Shown: positions 40,001 through 53,751, counted from the stretch's first letter. The stretch is 64,000 bases of DNA from Mobula hypostoma (GCF_963921235.1 NC_086108.1:93250001-93314000); one strand, 5' to 3'. Made by a program: numbers and translations. Notes: generated by a model from the letters alone, not told the origin.

Positions 40001-41314
40001 TATGAAGTGCTATACCCCCAACCTGTATTTGCATACAAGTGTAGGTAAGCAAAGGTCAAGTTTCTCCCACTACTAATGAGTTACAGATTGTGACCACCAC
40101 TCATTGTGTGAACCTGATGTATAGAATAAGGATAGGAGATGATAATGCACCCAAGGTTAGAGTTCGTCCTGGTTTATATAAACTTTAAATGCAATCAAAG
40201 TCAGATTCACACCCAAAAGACTTTCTTTTAAAGATAGACCAAACAGGGATTAGCACCCAGTGATTCTTAACTGAGTAATCACTGTGACTCATGGTTTGAT
40301 CAGCCTGTCCAGGTGGATTTTGCTACAAAACAGCCAGCAATTTTCTGTGCCCTGTTCTAGTTTTAAGCTGTTTTCAACTAAACATAATAACTCTGAGAAT
40401 GTCCCCCTGTGACGTTGGATCCCTCCCCCAATGAAAAGCAGTTTCTTTAATTAAATTGGCTCTCAGGAGAAAGCATGCTAATGCTGGGAAAGAACATTTT
40501 TCTTGCCCTAGCGTTTTGCCATCACCATTGATTCCCATGATCGGAATGTATCCTCTGCAATGTGGTAGAGACCCGACCTTACAAAGAGTCCTTCACTCCT
40601 ACCACATTCTCCCTTTCATATGCCGAGTGGAACCACTACTTATCGGTGTCGGAGAGATGGTACTGTAACGGTTCTGTGGGGGGATACAGTGGGAACAGTT
40701 TTTAGATTAGTAATGGCTAAATATTTTATCTTTTCGAAAATAGTTCAGTAACATGCAGTCTGTACTAAAGCTTGCTTATAAGAACAGACCCATTGTTCAT
40801 TAGCAGTGCTATTGGAGTGATTCGTGACTGGGTTTTCAATGTATTAGTACACGAGGTGCCGCTGACTAAACTGGACACTCACATGAGGAATTTCGGCTCG
40901 CAAGTTTGATCCCCTTCGCCACGCTGTTAACGTTGCATACTTGACACACGTACCATGCACGACACCCTGTGAGAGAGGAGCCAGACTTCGGGGAACACTC
41001 TGGAAAGAATGGCCGCCACGTCTCTCACCGTACATTCCACAAGTAACAAGAGTTAATTTAAAAAGCTGTGAAGCACGAAGCGAATCTGACACAAGGCCGA
41101 TACAGCATCCGGGCAGTAGCAGTGAGACTTCAGACGCCTGTCGACAGCTGCAGTAGTGGACAGTCGAGTGGGTCCTCCTCTGCTGTGCAGCGCCGGTGCT
41201 GAGCACCTCGCAGAAGGGATCTTCAGAGGAAAGGAAGATAATTCCCGCCCATTGTCTTAAGGCTCTTCCCTCAGTAGTTGAAAAAAAACTGAACCTCAGT
41301 ACAGCCGATCTTAG

Positions 41315-41790
41315 CACGCACATGCACATACACACAGTCAGACATGTACATATATATAACACACACAGCACACATATAGACACGTACATACACATAACAC
41401 ACGTGCAGACACGTACATACAACATACAACACAAGTGCAGGCACCTACATACATATAACATACACACAACGCATGTGCACACATACATACAACACACAGG
41501 TTGACACGTGCATACACACAACACGCATACAGACACATACATACACAGGTAGACACGTACAGATACATAAATACACACAATATGCATGTAGACATGTACA
41601 TACACATAACATGCGCACAATGTGCATGTAGGCACGTACATACACATAACATACACACAACACACAGGCAGACACATACATACACATAACATACACACAA
41701 TGTGCATGTAGGCATGTACATACACATAACATACACACAACATACAGGCAGACATGTACATGCACATAACATACACGCAAACAGCACAGA
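41315..41790. repeat. CA-rich minisatellite, ~40-bp period
   Basis: Recurrent TACATACACATAACATACACACAA blocks 40 bp apart at 41630-41780; explains the Cys/Val-rich spurious ORFs. Confidence 0.9.
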
Positions 41791-42330
41791 CTTTCAGAAC
41801 ACGGCTCAATTTCTTTTGGAGAATAGTCAAAGATTTGTCCCATTTAGTGAAAGTAAGTTTAATAGCTGCAGGTTGCAGAGTCATAGATATTTGAATTGTT
41901 GATAAGCAAAAGTTATAAACTCAAAAGCTGGCTGGCCTTCCTACAGAGTCGAGTGCAGCCATCATAATTTCTTAGTCATGCAGTTGTTCAGCCCAGCTAG
42001 TCCATGCCTAACTGATATTCTCCCTCGTCCAATCGACCCGCTCCCGGACCATAGCCCTCTATACCCCTCTTAAGCATGTACCTATCCAAATTTCTCTTAA
42101 GTATTGAAATCAAACCTGCATCCATCACTTTCACACTCTCACCACCCTCTGAGTGATGAAGTTCACCATCATGTTCCCCTTAAACATTTCACCTTTCAAC
42201 CTTAACCCATGACCTCCAGTGCTAGTCTCACCCAATCTCCGTGGAAAAAGCCTGCTTGCACTTTGATCTGTTTTGCCCATCAATACCAATCCCATTTGCA
42301 CCACAAGTCTTGTTTTAAGTGTCTGTCTAA

Positions 42331-42595
42331 GGCTATGTCGACACTAGACAGGATAATATTGAAAACGCCGGTTTCGCGTAAAAACAATAGGCGTCCACAC
42401 CAGGCGTTTTTGAAAATACCTCTGTCCACATTAAAATGGGTATTTGGGTGAATCTCCTCCTACTGGGCATGGGCAGGACACATCTACAGAAAACAAGCGA
42501 AGAGGAAACGGTATACTTGGTGCACGTTTGTCCAGTTACAGACTAGAAAAACTTAAAAGGAAATTGCTAAACGACGGACAGCGACGGACGACAAT
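42331..42595 (+). mobile_element. PIF/Harbinger-like non-autonomous transposon, one end only
   Basis: Starts GGCTATGTCGACACTA after TAA; subterminal TCCACA repeats; CpG-rich; sits inside a CR1 remnant. Confidence 0.6.
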
Positions 42596-42944
42596 CTCTC
42601 ATAAATGTAATTGTCCACCACCTCCTCCGGCAGTTGGTTCCAGATATCAACCACTCACTGGGTAAAACACTTCCCATCAGAACCCCTCAAGGCTCCTTCC
42701 TCTCATCTTGAACCTATAGCTCTTGTTTGTAATACTCCTATTAGGGAAAAAGATATGAGAATTTTATCAAGCAGTAGTAAATCAAGGCAATTAGACTTAG
42801 TCATAGTCATGGTCATACTTTATTGATCCCAAGGGAACTTGGATTTCGTTACAGTTGCACCAACCAAGAATAGAGTATAGATATAGCAATATAAAACCTT
42901 AAATAATTAAATAATAATATGTAAAGTATGCCAGGAAATAAGTT

Positions 42945-43215
42945 GCTGTGTTGTTTGGAAGATACTTCACCACTTATCCAAGAGGCTTCTTCAGTTCTGA
43001 TCCACGGAGGGTAGCTTTCTGGCTTATCAATCTGTGAGTTGTTTAAAGGTATAGCAATCACATGAGGGTCTTTAAATTTGTAGAGGTAATGAGAGGGTCA
43101 TTAGTCTTATCTTTGCATGGATGAGGTGTGAACTGTTGTGGGGACGCTGGGGTAGAGATGTTAGGACAGCACTGTAAGTAGCTGATAGGTGCTGTAGTAC
43201 TTCATCCCCTCTGCA
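42945..43215 (-). mobile_element. Fragment of a second PLE lineage (Poseidon/Bridge-like)
   Basis: Minus strand encodes RGDEVLQHLSATYSAVLTSLP; terminus TCAGAACTGAAGAAGCCTCTTGGATAAGTGGTGAAG. Confidence 0.6.
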
Positions 43216-43289
43216 GTCCCAGTGAGTTTAGCGACCACTTCCAGTTTGTACCCGCCGGTTAAGGATAGTTCACTTCATGCTCAGTATCC

Positions 43290-45698
43290 AGAAACATAGA
43301 AAATAGGTGCAGGAGCAGGCCCTTCGAGCCTGCACCGCCATTCAGTATGATCATGGCTGATCATCCAACTCAGAACCCTGTACCTGCTTTCTCTCCATAC
43401 CCCCTGATCCCTTTAGCCACAAGGGCCATATCGAACTCCCCCTCAAATATAGTCAATGAACTGGCCTCAACTGTTTCCTGTGGCAGAGAATTCCACTGAT
43501 TCACCACTCTCTGTGTGAAGAAGTTTTTCCTCATATCGGTCCTAAAAGGCTTCCCCTTTATCCTCAAACTGTGACCCCTCGTTCTGGACTTCCCCAACAT
43601 CGGGAACAATATTCCTGCATCTAGCCTGTCCAATCCCTTTAGAATTTTATATGTTACAATGAGATCCCCCCTCAATCTTCTAAATTCCAGCGAGTATAAG
43701 CCCAGTTGATCCAGTCTTTCTTCATATGAAAGTTCTGCCATCCCAGGAATCAATCTGGTGAACTTTCTTTGTAATCCCTCTATGGCAGGAATGTCTTTCC
43801 TCAGATTAGGGGACCAAAACTGCACACAATACTCCAGGTGTGGTCTCACCAAGGCCTTGTACAACTGCAGTAGAACCTCCCTGCTCCTGTACTCGAATCT
43901 TTTTGCTATGAATGCCAGCATACCATTCGCCTTTTTCATCGCCTGCTGTACCTGCATGCCCACTTTCAATGACTGGTGTACAATGACACCCAGGTCTCAT
44001 TGCACCTCCCCTTTTCCTAATCAGCCACCATTCAGATAATAATCTGTTTTCCTGTTCTTGCCACCAAAGTGGATAACCTCACATTTATCTACATTAAATT
44101 GCATCTGCCATGAATTTGCCCACTCACCTAACCTATCCAAGTCACCCTGCATCCCCTTAGCATCCTCCTCACAGCTAACACTGCTGCCCAGCTTCATGTC
44201 ATCCACAAACTTGGAGATGCTGCATTTAATTCCCTCCTCTAAATCATTAATATATATTGTAAACAACTGGGGTCCCAGCACTGAGCCTTGCGGTACCCCA
44301 CTAGTCACTGCCTGCCATTCTGAAAAGGTCCCATTTATTCCCACTCTTTGCTTCCTGTCTGCCAACCAATTCTCTATCCACATCAACACCATACCCTCAA
44401 TACCATGTGCTTTAAGTTTGCACACTAATCTCCTGTGTGGGACCTTGTCAAAAGCCTTTTGCAAATCCAAATATACCACATCCACTGGTTCTCCCCTATC
44501 CACTCTACTAGTTACATCCTCAAAAAATTCTATAAGATTCGTCAGACATGATTTTCCTTTCACAAATCCATGCTGACTTTGTCCGATGATTTCACCACTT
44601 TCCAAATGTACTGTTATCACATCTTTGATAACTGACTCTAGCATTTTCCCCACCACCGATGTCAGGCTAACCAGTCTATAATTTAAAAATGCAAAAAACA
44701 GGAATTCTGCAGATGCCGGAAATTCAAGCAACACACATAAAAGTTGCTGGTGAATGCAGCAGGCCAGGCAGCATCTCTAGGAAGAGGTGCAGTCAACGTT
44801 TCAGGCTGAGACCCTTCGTCCTGACAAAGAGTCTCGGCCTGAAACGTCGACTGCACCTCTTCCTAGAGATGCTGCCTGGCCTGCTGCGTTCACCAGCAAT
44901 TTTTATGTGTGTTGCCAGTCTATAATTCCCTGGTTTCTCTCTCACTCCTTTTTTAAAAAGCGGGGTTACATTAGCCACCCGCCAATCCTCAGGAACTAAT
45001 CCAGAATCTAAAGAGTTTTGAAAAATTATCACTAATGCATCCACTTTTTCTTGGGCTACTTCCTTAAGCACTCTGGGATGCAGACCATCTGGCCCTGGGG
45101 ATTTATCTCTCTTTAATTTACCTAACACCACTTCCCTACTAACATGTATTTCCCTCAGTTACTCTATCTCACTAGACCTCGGTCCCCTACTATTTTCGGA
45201 AGATTATTTATGTCCTCCTTAGTGAAGACAGAACCAAAGTAGTTAATCAATTGGTCTGTCATGTCCTTGTTCCCCATGATCAATTCACCTGTTTCTGACT
45301 GTAAGGGACCTACATTTGTCTTAATCAATCTTTTTCTTTACACATATCTATAAAAGCTTTTACAGTCAGATTTTATGTTCCCTGCCAGCTTTCTCTCATA
45401 ATCTTTTTTCCCCCTTCCTAATTAAGCCCTTTGTCCTCCTCTGCTGAACTCTGAATTTCTCCCAGTCCTCAGGTGAGCCACTTTCTCTGGCTAATTTGTA
45501 TGCTTCTTCTTTGGAATTGATACTATCCCTAATTTCCCTTGTCAGCCACGGGTGCACTACCTTCCTTGATTTATTCTTTTGCCAAACTGGGATGAACAAT
45601 TGTTGTAGTTCATCCATGCGATCTTTAAATGCTTGCCATTGCATATCCACCGTCAACCCTTTAAGTGTCATTTGCCAGTCTATCTTAGCTAATTCACG
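43290..45698 (-). mobile_element. Young CR1 LINE, near-identical family to 917-3282
   Basis: Minus ORFs almost identical to the first copy; interrupted by a fold-back PLE element. Confidence 0.95.
44684..44914. mobile_element. Fold-back PLE-end element inserted in a CR1
   Basis: TSD CCAGTCTATAATT at 44671-44683 and 44915-44927; inverted arms. Confidence 0.9.
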
Positions 45699-46079
45699 GC
45701 TAAAGGAGGATCAAGGCTAGGCAATCTTTACAAAGAGAGAAGCAGATGGGAGACAGCGTTCATCACCAGGTATTCTGGAAATACAGCGGGGGATAGAAAC
45801 CTCAAATTTCAAGAAAGTATCAGATAGTTAGACAAGTACAGAAACTGCTCTTGAAGGTGTGTGGAGATGATTGGTGTTGGAATACTACTGATGAGTTGCC
45901 TCATAATGGTCGAAGGCTCTACTGAAGATGGCACGCACAATGAACAAATTTGTGAAGGACTGAGATGAGATTGCGTAAAGGAAATGAGACTGATTGTCTG
46001 TTGGCATTTGTGGTTGAATGACGGCAATATGGGAAAAATGGGAGTACTAGGATAAGAGTGGGACATCATGCTTTATTGT

Positions 46080-48628
46080 GAATGTAATGGTATTGTTAGT
46101 CCTGGGTATGACTCTAAACTGCAACCGGTGATGAGGCTCTGACTGGGGACTTTCAGAGCTTTGGGGAAAGTGGAGTTAGCCCTCATTGCCGCTCTGACCC
46201 AGAATGGCAGCACCTGCAAGGGTTCCCACTCAGGATACGAGCGAAGGCCAAACTGAACTTATGACGGAGAAGGCGGATGAGCTACGACCTCAAATGTCAA
46301 CAGCTATAGTACAGGCGGATGAACATTTGGGAAGAGAAATGGCGATTTCTTTAGTTCGCCCAATGGAAGGCAATAGCAAACCACCATTGCAATTTGCTGA
46401 GAAAACCATGGTCAAACCCACAAAATATATCACACAACAACAGCGTCAAGAGGATCTTCAAGACAACTCTGAAGATGTTTTGCTCGGTAGGGTTGATTCT
46501 GGCCAGCAGGGGATCCCCGACCATCATCAAGATACTGCTCATAAAATTCAAGTAACACAAAAGAAAATTACTGCCACTTGGAATGTAAGAACCTTATATC
46601 AAGCAGGAAGATTGAACAATGGGATAAGTGAAATGGAAAGACTAAAGATTAACATCATGGGAATTAGCGAAGTTCGTTGGATAGGTGCTGGAACATGTCA
46701 GATTAGAAATAAAACACTAGTTTATTCTCGTGGTACATCCCATACTAATGGAGTAGGAATTCTTATGGATCAAAACATGGCAAAAATGTTTTAGGACATT
46801 GGGCAATATCAGAAAGAGTGCTCCTTGTTAGATTCAGAGGACAACCACTTGATTTAGCAATTATACAGGTATATGCACCAACAACAGATGGAACAAATGA
46901 AGATATAGATAAATTCTATGAAGAGCTTGAACAAGCAAAGAATGGATGCAAATCTCAAGATATTGTTATTGTCATGGGAGATCTAAATGCTAAAGTAGGA
47001 CAGGTGCTGATGGAAATACCATAGGAAAATTTGGACTAGGGGAAAGAAATGAAAGAGGTGAGAAATGGGTAGAATGGTGCAAGATAAATAATCAGGTTAT
47101 TATGAATACCTACTTTAAAAACCATCCAAGATGCTTGTGGACCTGGAAAAGTCCAGGTGATAACATTAGAAATCAAATTGACTTTATTACTATAAACCAA
47201 AGATTTAGAAACTCAGTGACTCAATGCAAAACATATCCAGGTGAAAACTGTAATAGTGACCATAACCCAGTAACATGTCATGTAAAAGTAAAACTTAAAA
47301 AACTAAAGAAGCAAAAACCTGAACAATCCCTTGACTACTTGCAATTAATTAAAGAAGAAAACTTAAGACAAAAATTTACAATTGAAGTAAGGAATAGATT
47401 TCAAAGTCTAGAAATAGAATCTGTCGAAGATGATAGCAATCATGTAGAAATGAAATTTAACTCTCTAAAGGATGCCTTGGTAGAATCAGCTAGGTCAGTG
47501 ATGCCTAAAAAATAAAAAAGCACAAAGAATAAATGGATGACAGATGAAATCAAAAATCTAATGGAAGAAAGGAGACGGAAGAAAACAAATCCTATAGAAT
47601 ATAAGTCCTTAGATAAAAAAGTTAAAAGCTTATGTCAAAAAGCCAAAGAAGAATGGTTAAACCAGGAATGTGAGCAAATAGAAAGAATCCCTGTTACTGA
47701 TCCAAAAAGGTTACATCAACAAATCAAGAATATCACTGGTAAAAAGCTCCTCTGTTCTTCAGGTGGATGTTTGAAAACAAAGGACGGTACCATTATCATG
47801 GAAAAAGATGAGATTATGAACAGATGGACTGAGTATATTCAGGAATTGTTTGAAGACGATCGAGGTGAAAAACCAGAAATTAAGAAAAACATTGAAGGTC
47901 CAAGTATTTTAAAATCTGAAGTTCGTAATGCAATAAATAAGATGAAGAAAGCAAAGGCAGCAGGTCCTGATGAATTAGTAATAGAACAAATTATTGCCCT
48001 TGAAGATTATGGAGTTGAAAAACTTACTGATTTAATCAATGACATTTATGAGCCTGGAATAATATCAGATGAAAAAATTAGTATTTATCACTCTTCCTAG
48101 AAGAAAGCTGGAGCAATAGAATGTGAATTACATAGGACCATAAGTTTGATGAGCCATATCGCCAAGATACTTATAAGAATTTTGATGACAAGAGCTAAAA
48201 GTAAGATACAAGCTGAAATAGGCAAAGAACAATGTGGTTTTGTGAACGACAAAGGTACAAGAAACGCAATGTTGATGTTAAGGATACTATCATAACGAGT
48301 TATTCAAGTGCAAAAAGATTTGTTTGTTTGTTTTATCGACTACACAAAAGCATTTGATAAAGTGAAGCACAATAAGTAATTTGAAATATTACAGAAAACT
48401 CTAGATCTAGATTCGAAAGACCTCCGGCTAATCAGAAATCTGTACTGGGAACTAACTGCCACTGCAAGAATAGATGGAGAAGTGATCAGTTTACGAAAAT
48501 CAAGAGAGGCGTCAGACAAGGGTATGTTTTCTCCCCTGATTTATTTAATGTGTACAGTGAAACAATATTACAGAAAATAAGAGATATCTTGGTGTCAAAG
48601 TTGGTGGTGAAAACATCATTAATTTCAA
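46080..48628 (+). mobile_element. RTE-clade LINE (AP endonuclease plus partial RT), 3'-truncated; 5' boundary uncertain
   Basis: ATWNVRTL, GISEVRW, IIQVYAPT, MGDLNAKVG, NQIDFI, SDHNPV, KAAGPD, FIDYTKAFDKV, RGVRQG; several frameshifts and stops. Confidence 0.92.
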
Positions 48629-51600
48629 TCTTTGTCAGTATTATTTGATATAGTCATCCTTTTGTGCTGTATTCACTCAGACACATAGACAGTAGTGTGA
48701 TCCCCAGGGTTTTCTGTGGATCAAAAGGGGGGAGATGTTGGTCATGGCGGGTTGGAAATATGGTAGAAAACATCAAACTCAAATGGGTCAGGGATAGTGG
48801 AAGGGGACAGATCAATTGTCTTTGTTTCTGCCATGTGCTTGGAGATAAAGGCTGCCATTTTGTGGAACTATTTTACATCCTCCATTTTGTGTGTTAGTTG
48901 CTTGGCTTGATCAGTGTTTCAAAGAAGACACAATGATGCTTCTGGTAATCTGCTGGAATAGAGATCATTTCCGAATTTAAAAGTTGTTTGTGAGATATTC
49001 TTTGGTTGGATATAACATGCAGGTTTTGACTGTTGGAGTCAATATCTGATTTGCATGAATCAATATTGTTGCTAATTGCGAACAAAGAGCCATGAATTAC
49101 TGATTGTCACTTGCTGGGGAGAGTGCATTAATAGATGCTGGCTTGGAGCAGAGCCAATAAAAAGGTGTTAAAGGTCAGACACATGACCTACAGCCAATGA
49201 CACTGGAATGTTACATTTGAATTAATAAGAAATGAATATAAAAATGGTCACTTCGAGGGTGCAATCAGCGATAACTCCAGAAAATCGTCATCGCAAGGAA
49301 GAACCCCAACACCAGGGGCTAAGAAAAGAAAGGATCAATCATTTTTATCGGTCCCCTATTTCAGTGTTATAAATTGGAAAAGTGGCCTAAGTGAGTATTG
49401 GTACAGAGGGGACAGCAGGAGTCATGTTCACATTCATGTTCCAACTTGCTGGCCCGGGGCGAATGTGGGCCTATTACAGGCAAATAGGATTAGTGTGAAT
49501 GGTCATCATGGTCCACAGGGACAAGTTGTGTCAAAAGCCTCCTTTGGTTGCCACCTAATGCAGAACATTCAGGGGATGCAATGGGCAGAGGAGAGCCAGA
49601 GATAACAATAAGACTGCAAGGCGGTCATTGGACGGAGATCAAATCTGATTTGGCCCCAAGCCTAAGAATGAATGCTCAATAGAGTTATTTTTCTTGCTAC
49701 CCACTGAGCATAAATTACTCTTTTACAGAACCTAGATAGAGATTTCAAACATAACACAGCTGTCTAGAAAGCAACAAAGGCACAGGAATGTTCTAAGCCG
49801 GGACCTCTTATCGACTGATCAGCGGCCTGTCTGGGCTGGGTACTGAGTGACACGGATGCAAGTTGTGTTTGAACTCCCTCAGATACTTCCAACAAAGCAA
49901 AGTTGCTTGCTTCCCTGTTCCAAATCCTTGAAAGGCGGAATGCAAACAGGCTGGTTCAGCATGTGCCAGAGTTCATGCGGGGTGGAGCTTGGGAGGCCAC
50001 TGAGCAGAAAAATAAAGAAAGAGGTGCATTTATAGGGGCTGTTCACAGCGTCTGAACACCCTCACAGAACAAAGAGATTATGGTGCCCTAGTAATAGAGT
50101 CATAGAAAAGTACGCACAGAAACAGGCCCTTTAGCCTATCTAGTCCTTGCTGAATCATTTAAACTGCCTACTCCCATCAACCTACACTAGTACCATAGCC
50201 CTCCATACCCCTACCGTCCATGTACCTATCCAAACTTCTCTTTAACCTTGAAATCGAGCTGGCAACCTGCACTAGCAGCTCATTCCACACTTTCATCACC
50301 CTCTGAGTGAAGAAGTTTCCCCTCATTTTCCCCTTCAACTTTCCACTTTTCATCCTTAACCTATGACCTTTAGTTGTAGTCCCACCCAACTTCAGCAGAA
50401 AAGCTTACATGCATTTACCTTCCCTATACCCCGCATCATTTTCATGATGATAACTCTTGTGGTGCCTGCAGGTCTGATTGTTGTTGCACTTTTCGATGTA
50501 CTTGTGATAATCTTGAATGTTGATCTTATACTGCAAAAGTCAAACTTGAAAAATTTCATAACTTTCAGCGTGGGCATACTGTTAATTGGAATATCTAGAT
50601 GAAACAAGCAAAATTGTTAACGACCAGCAAATGACTGTTTGAAGGTTTTGCCCTTTCCTATTAAATTCTCATTGTGTGTAAAGATAATTGATTATGATAT
50701 GCTGTATATTGGAGATTGTACATAGTCTGGTCACCACATTATAGGAAGGGCCTAATTGCACTGGAGGTGATCCACCAGGATGTTGCCCAGCAGGGAGTGT
50801 TTCATTTATGGGGAGAGACCCAATTAGGCTGGGGCCATTTTCATAGGAGCACAGGACACTGTGGGAGTTCCTGATTTTAAAAATTCTGAGGTTATCCAGG
50901 GCAGATAGTAAGGCATTTTCCCCCAAAGTAGAGGCATCCAAAACCAGAAGGTGTAGGGTTAGAGCAGGTTTCCTGACATTTTTTGTGCCAATGAGTATTA
51001 CCATTAACCAAGGGGTCTATAAACCCCTAGGTTGGGAACCCCTAGGTTAGGCTAAAGAGGTTCTGATGGGATCTGGGGAAGAAATTTCTCAGCCAGAGTA
51101 TGGTCAAAACTTGGAACATACAGGCTGAGTGGGTGGTGCAGGCAGGTACTCACACAGCATTGGGTGTCATGGTAGTTAGCTTAACGCTATAACAGTGACA
51201 GCGACCTGAGGCTCAATTCTGTAAGCAGTCTCTCCTCAGCCATGATGGTTTCCTTCCACGTTCCAAAGACATACGGGTTAGTAGGTTAATTGATCATGTG
51301 TGTGATTGGCTAGCATGGGCTTGTTTATTTCATTTTATTTAGCGGTCCAGCTCAGAACAGACCCAACATCCCACCGATTTAACCCTAGCCTCATCACAGG
51401 ACAATTTACGATGACCAGTTAACCTATTAACTGAGATGCCTTTGGACGTTGGAAGGTAACTGGAGCATCCAGGGGAACCCTAATGCTCACACAGGAAGGA
51501 CATACAAACTTCCTCACAGAAGACGTTGCAATCGAACTCCAAACTCCGAGTCTCCAATTGGTAATAGTGTCATGTTAACAGCTGTGGTGCCCAGAAGGGC

Positions 51601-51644
51601 CTGTTGCCATACCATATCTCTAAATAAATAAAAATAAAAACATA

Positions 51645-52428
51645 TGTGAGGCGGTTCATTTTGGTAGGTCAAATATAATGGCAGAATATAGTATTAATGA
51701 TAAGACTCTTGGCAGTGTGGAGGATCAGAGGGATCTTGGGGTCCGGGTCCATAGGACACTCAAAGCTGCTATGCAGGTTGACTCTGTGGTTAAGAAGGCA
51801 TACGGTGCATTGGCCTTCATCAATCATTGATGAATTGAGTTTAGGAGCCAAGAGGTAATGTTGCAGTTATATAGGACCCTGGTCAGATCCCACTTGGAGT
51901 ACTGTGCTCAGTTCCGGTCGCCTCACTACTGGAAAGATGTGGAAACCATAGAAAGGGTGCAGAGGAGATTTACAAGGATGTTGCCTGGATTGGGGAGCAT
52001 GCCTTATGAGAACAGGTTGAGTGAACTCAGCCTTTTCTCCTTGGAGCGATGGAGGATGAGAGGTGATCTGATAGAGGTGTATAAGATGATGAGAGGCACT
52101 GATCGTGTGAATAATCAGAGGCTTTTTCCCAGAGCTGAAATGGCTAACACGAGAGGGCACAGTGTTAAGATGCTTGGAAGTAGGTACAGAGGAGATGTCA
52201 GGGGTAAATTTTTTAACACAGAGAGTGGTGAGTGCATGGAATGGGCTGCCGACGATGGTGGTGGAGGAAGATACAATAGGGTCTTTTAAGAGACTCCTGG
52301 ATAGGTACATGGAGCTTAGAAAAATAGAAGGCTATGGGTAATTTCTAAGGTAAGGACATGTTCAGCACAGCTTTGTAGGCCAAAGGGCCTGTATTGTGCT
52401 GTAGGTTTTCTATGTTTCTATGTTTCTA
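51645..52428 (+). mobile_element. CR1 3' fragment
   Basis: LYRTLVRSHLEYCAQF...ERVQRRFTRMLPG; (TTTCTATG)n tail. Confidence 0.88.
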
Positions 52429-53471
52429 TATAACAAGTATCTAGCTAAAACAGTTCAATCACCAGGACATAAAAAACTACAGATCAAGTGACGGAGTGGA
52501 TGTGAAGGAGATGATTCAAACAATAGGAGAGTCTAGGACCAGAGGGCACAGCCTCAGAATAGAAGGATGTCACTTTAGAACAGAGATGAGGAGGAATTTC
52601 TTTAGCCTGATGGTGGTGAATCTGTGGAATTCATTGCTACGGACGGCTGTGGAAGCCAAGTTGAAGCGAAGGTTAATAAATTCTTGATTCATAAGTACTT
52701 CAAAGTTTACGGACAGAAGGCAGGAGAATGGAGTTGAGAGAGAAAATAAATCAGCCATGATTTATCTATCCATAAGTTTGCAGGTGATACCATCATAGTG
52801 GGCCATATTGCAAATAATGATGAGTCAGAGTACAAGAGGGAAATGGGGAGTTTAGTAACATTGTGTCATGATAACAACTTTTCCGTCAATGTCAGCAAGA
52901 CAAGAGAGTGGCTATTGACTTCAGGAAGGGGGCAGTGCACATACTCCTGCTTACATCAACGATGCTGAGGTTGAGAGAATTGTTGAGAGCATCAAGTTCC
53001 CAGGAGTTAATATTAACAATAGCTTGTCCTGGTCTGTCCAAGTTGACAGCACAGCTGAGAAAGCTGACCAGCAGCTCTACCTCCTCTACGTCCTGGTTGA
53101 CCCTTACCAGTTTTTTTTGGAAGTACCCTATCTGGTGAACTGCAAGTCGGTGGGGCAGCTGCTCTGCATGTGTCCGCAAGAAACTGCAGAGAGCTGTGCA
53201 TGCAGCTCAGCACCACATGGGAACCATCCTCCCCTCCATGGACTCTGTCCACACTTCTTAAAGTTCAACGTAAGTTTATTATCAAAGTAAATATACGTCA
53301 TCATATACTGCCCTGGGATTCATTTTCTTGTGGGCATTCACAGTAAGTACAAAGAAACACAATAGAATCAATGAAAATCTGCACACAATGACAGAGGAAC
53401 AACCAACATGCAAAACACAACAAATCGTGTAAATACAAAAAGGAAAAAATAAATGAACAAAAAATATTGAG

Positions 53472-53751
53472 TAAACACGAGGAATTCTGCTGATGCTGGA
53501 AATTCAAGCAACGCACATCAAAGTTGCTGGTAAATGCAGCAGGCCAGGCAGCATCTCTAGGAAGAGGTACAGTCGACATTTTGGGCCGAGACCCATCGTC
53601 AGGACTAACTGAAGGAAGAACTAGTAAGAGACTTATTAGTTCTATCTTCAGTTAGTCCTGACGAAGGGTCTAGGCCCGAGACATCGAATGTACCTCTTCC
53701 TAGAGATGCTGCCTGGCCTGCTGCGTTCACCAGCAACTTTGATGTGTGTTG
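53472..53751. mobile_element. Fold-back PLE-end element (longest arms)
   Basis: TSD CAAAAAATATTGAG at 53458-53471 and 53752-53765; ~120-bp inverted arms, each with a CTGACGA box. Confidence 0.9.

Noticed and set aside
40844..41884. 346-aa Cys/Val/Met-rich ORF and overlapping ORFs
   Set aside because: Translation of the CA-rich minisatellite; no domain or splice support.
50392..50607. Possible minus-strand exon of a neighbouring gene such as ABCD3
   Set aside because: No recognisable protein similarity, runs into a CR1 fragment, no clear donor.
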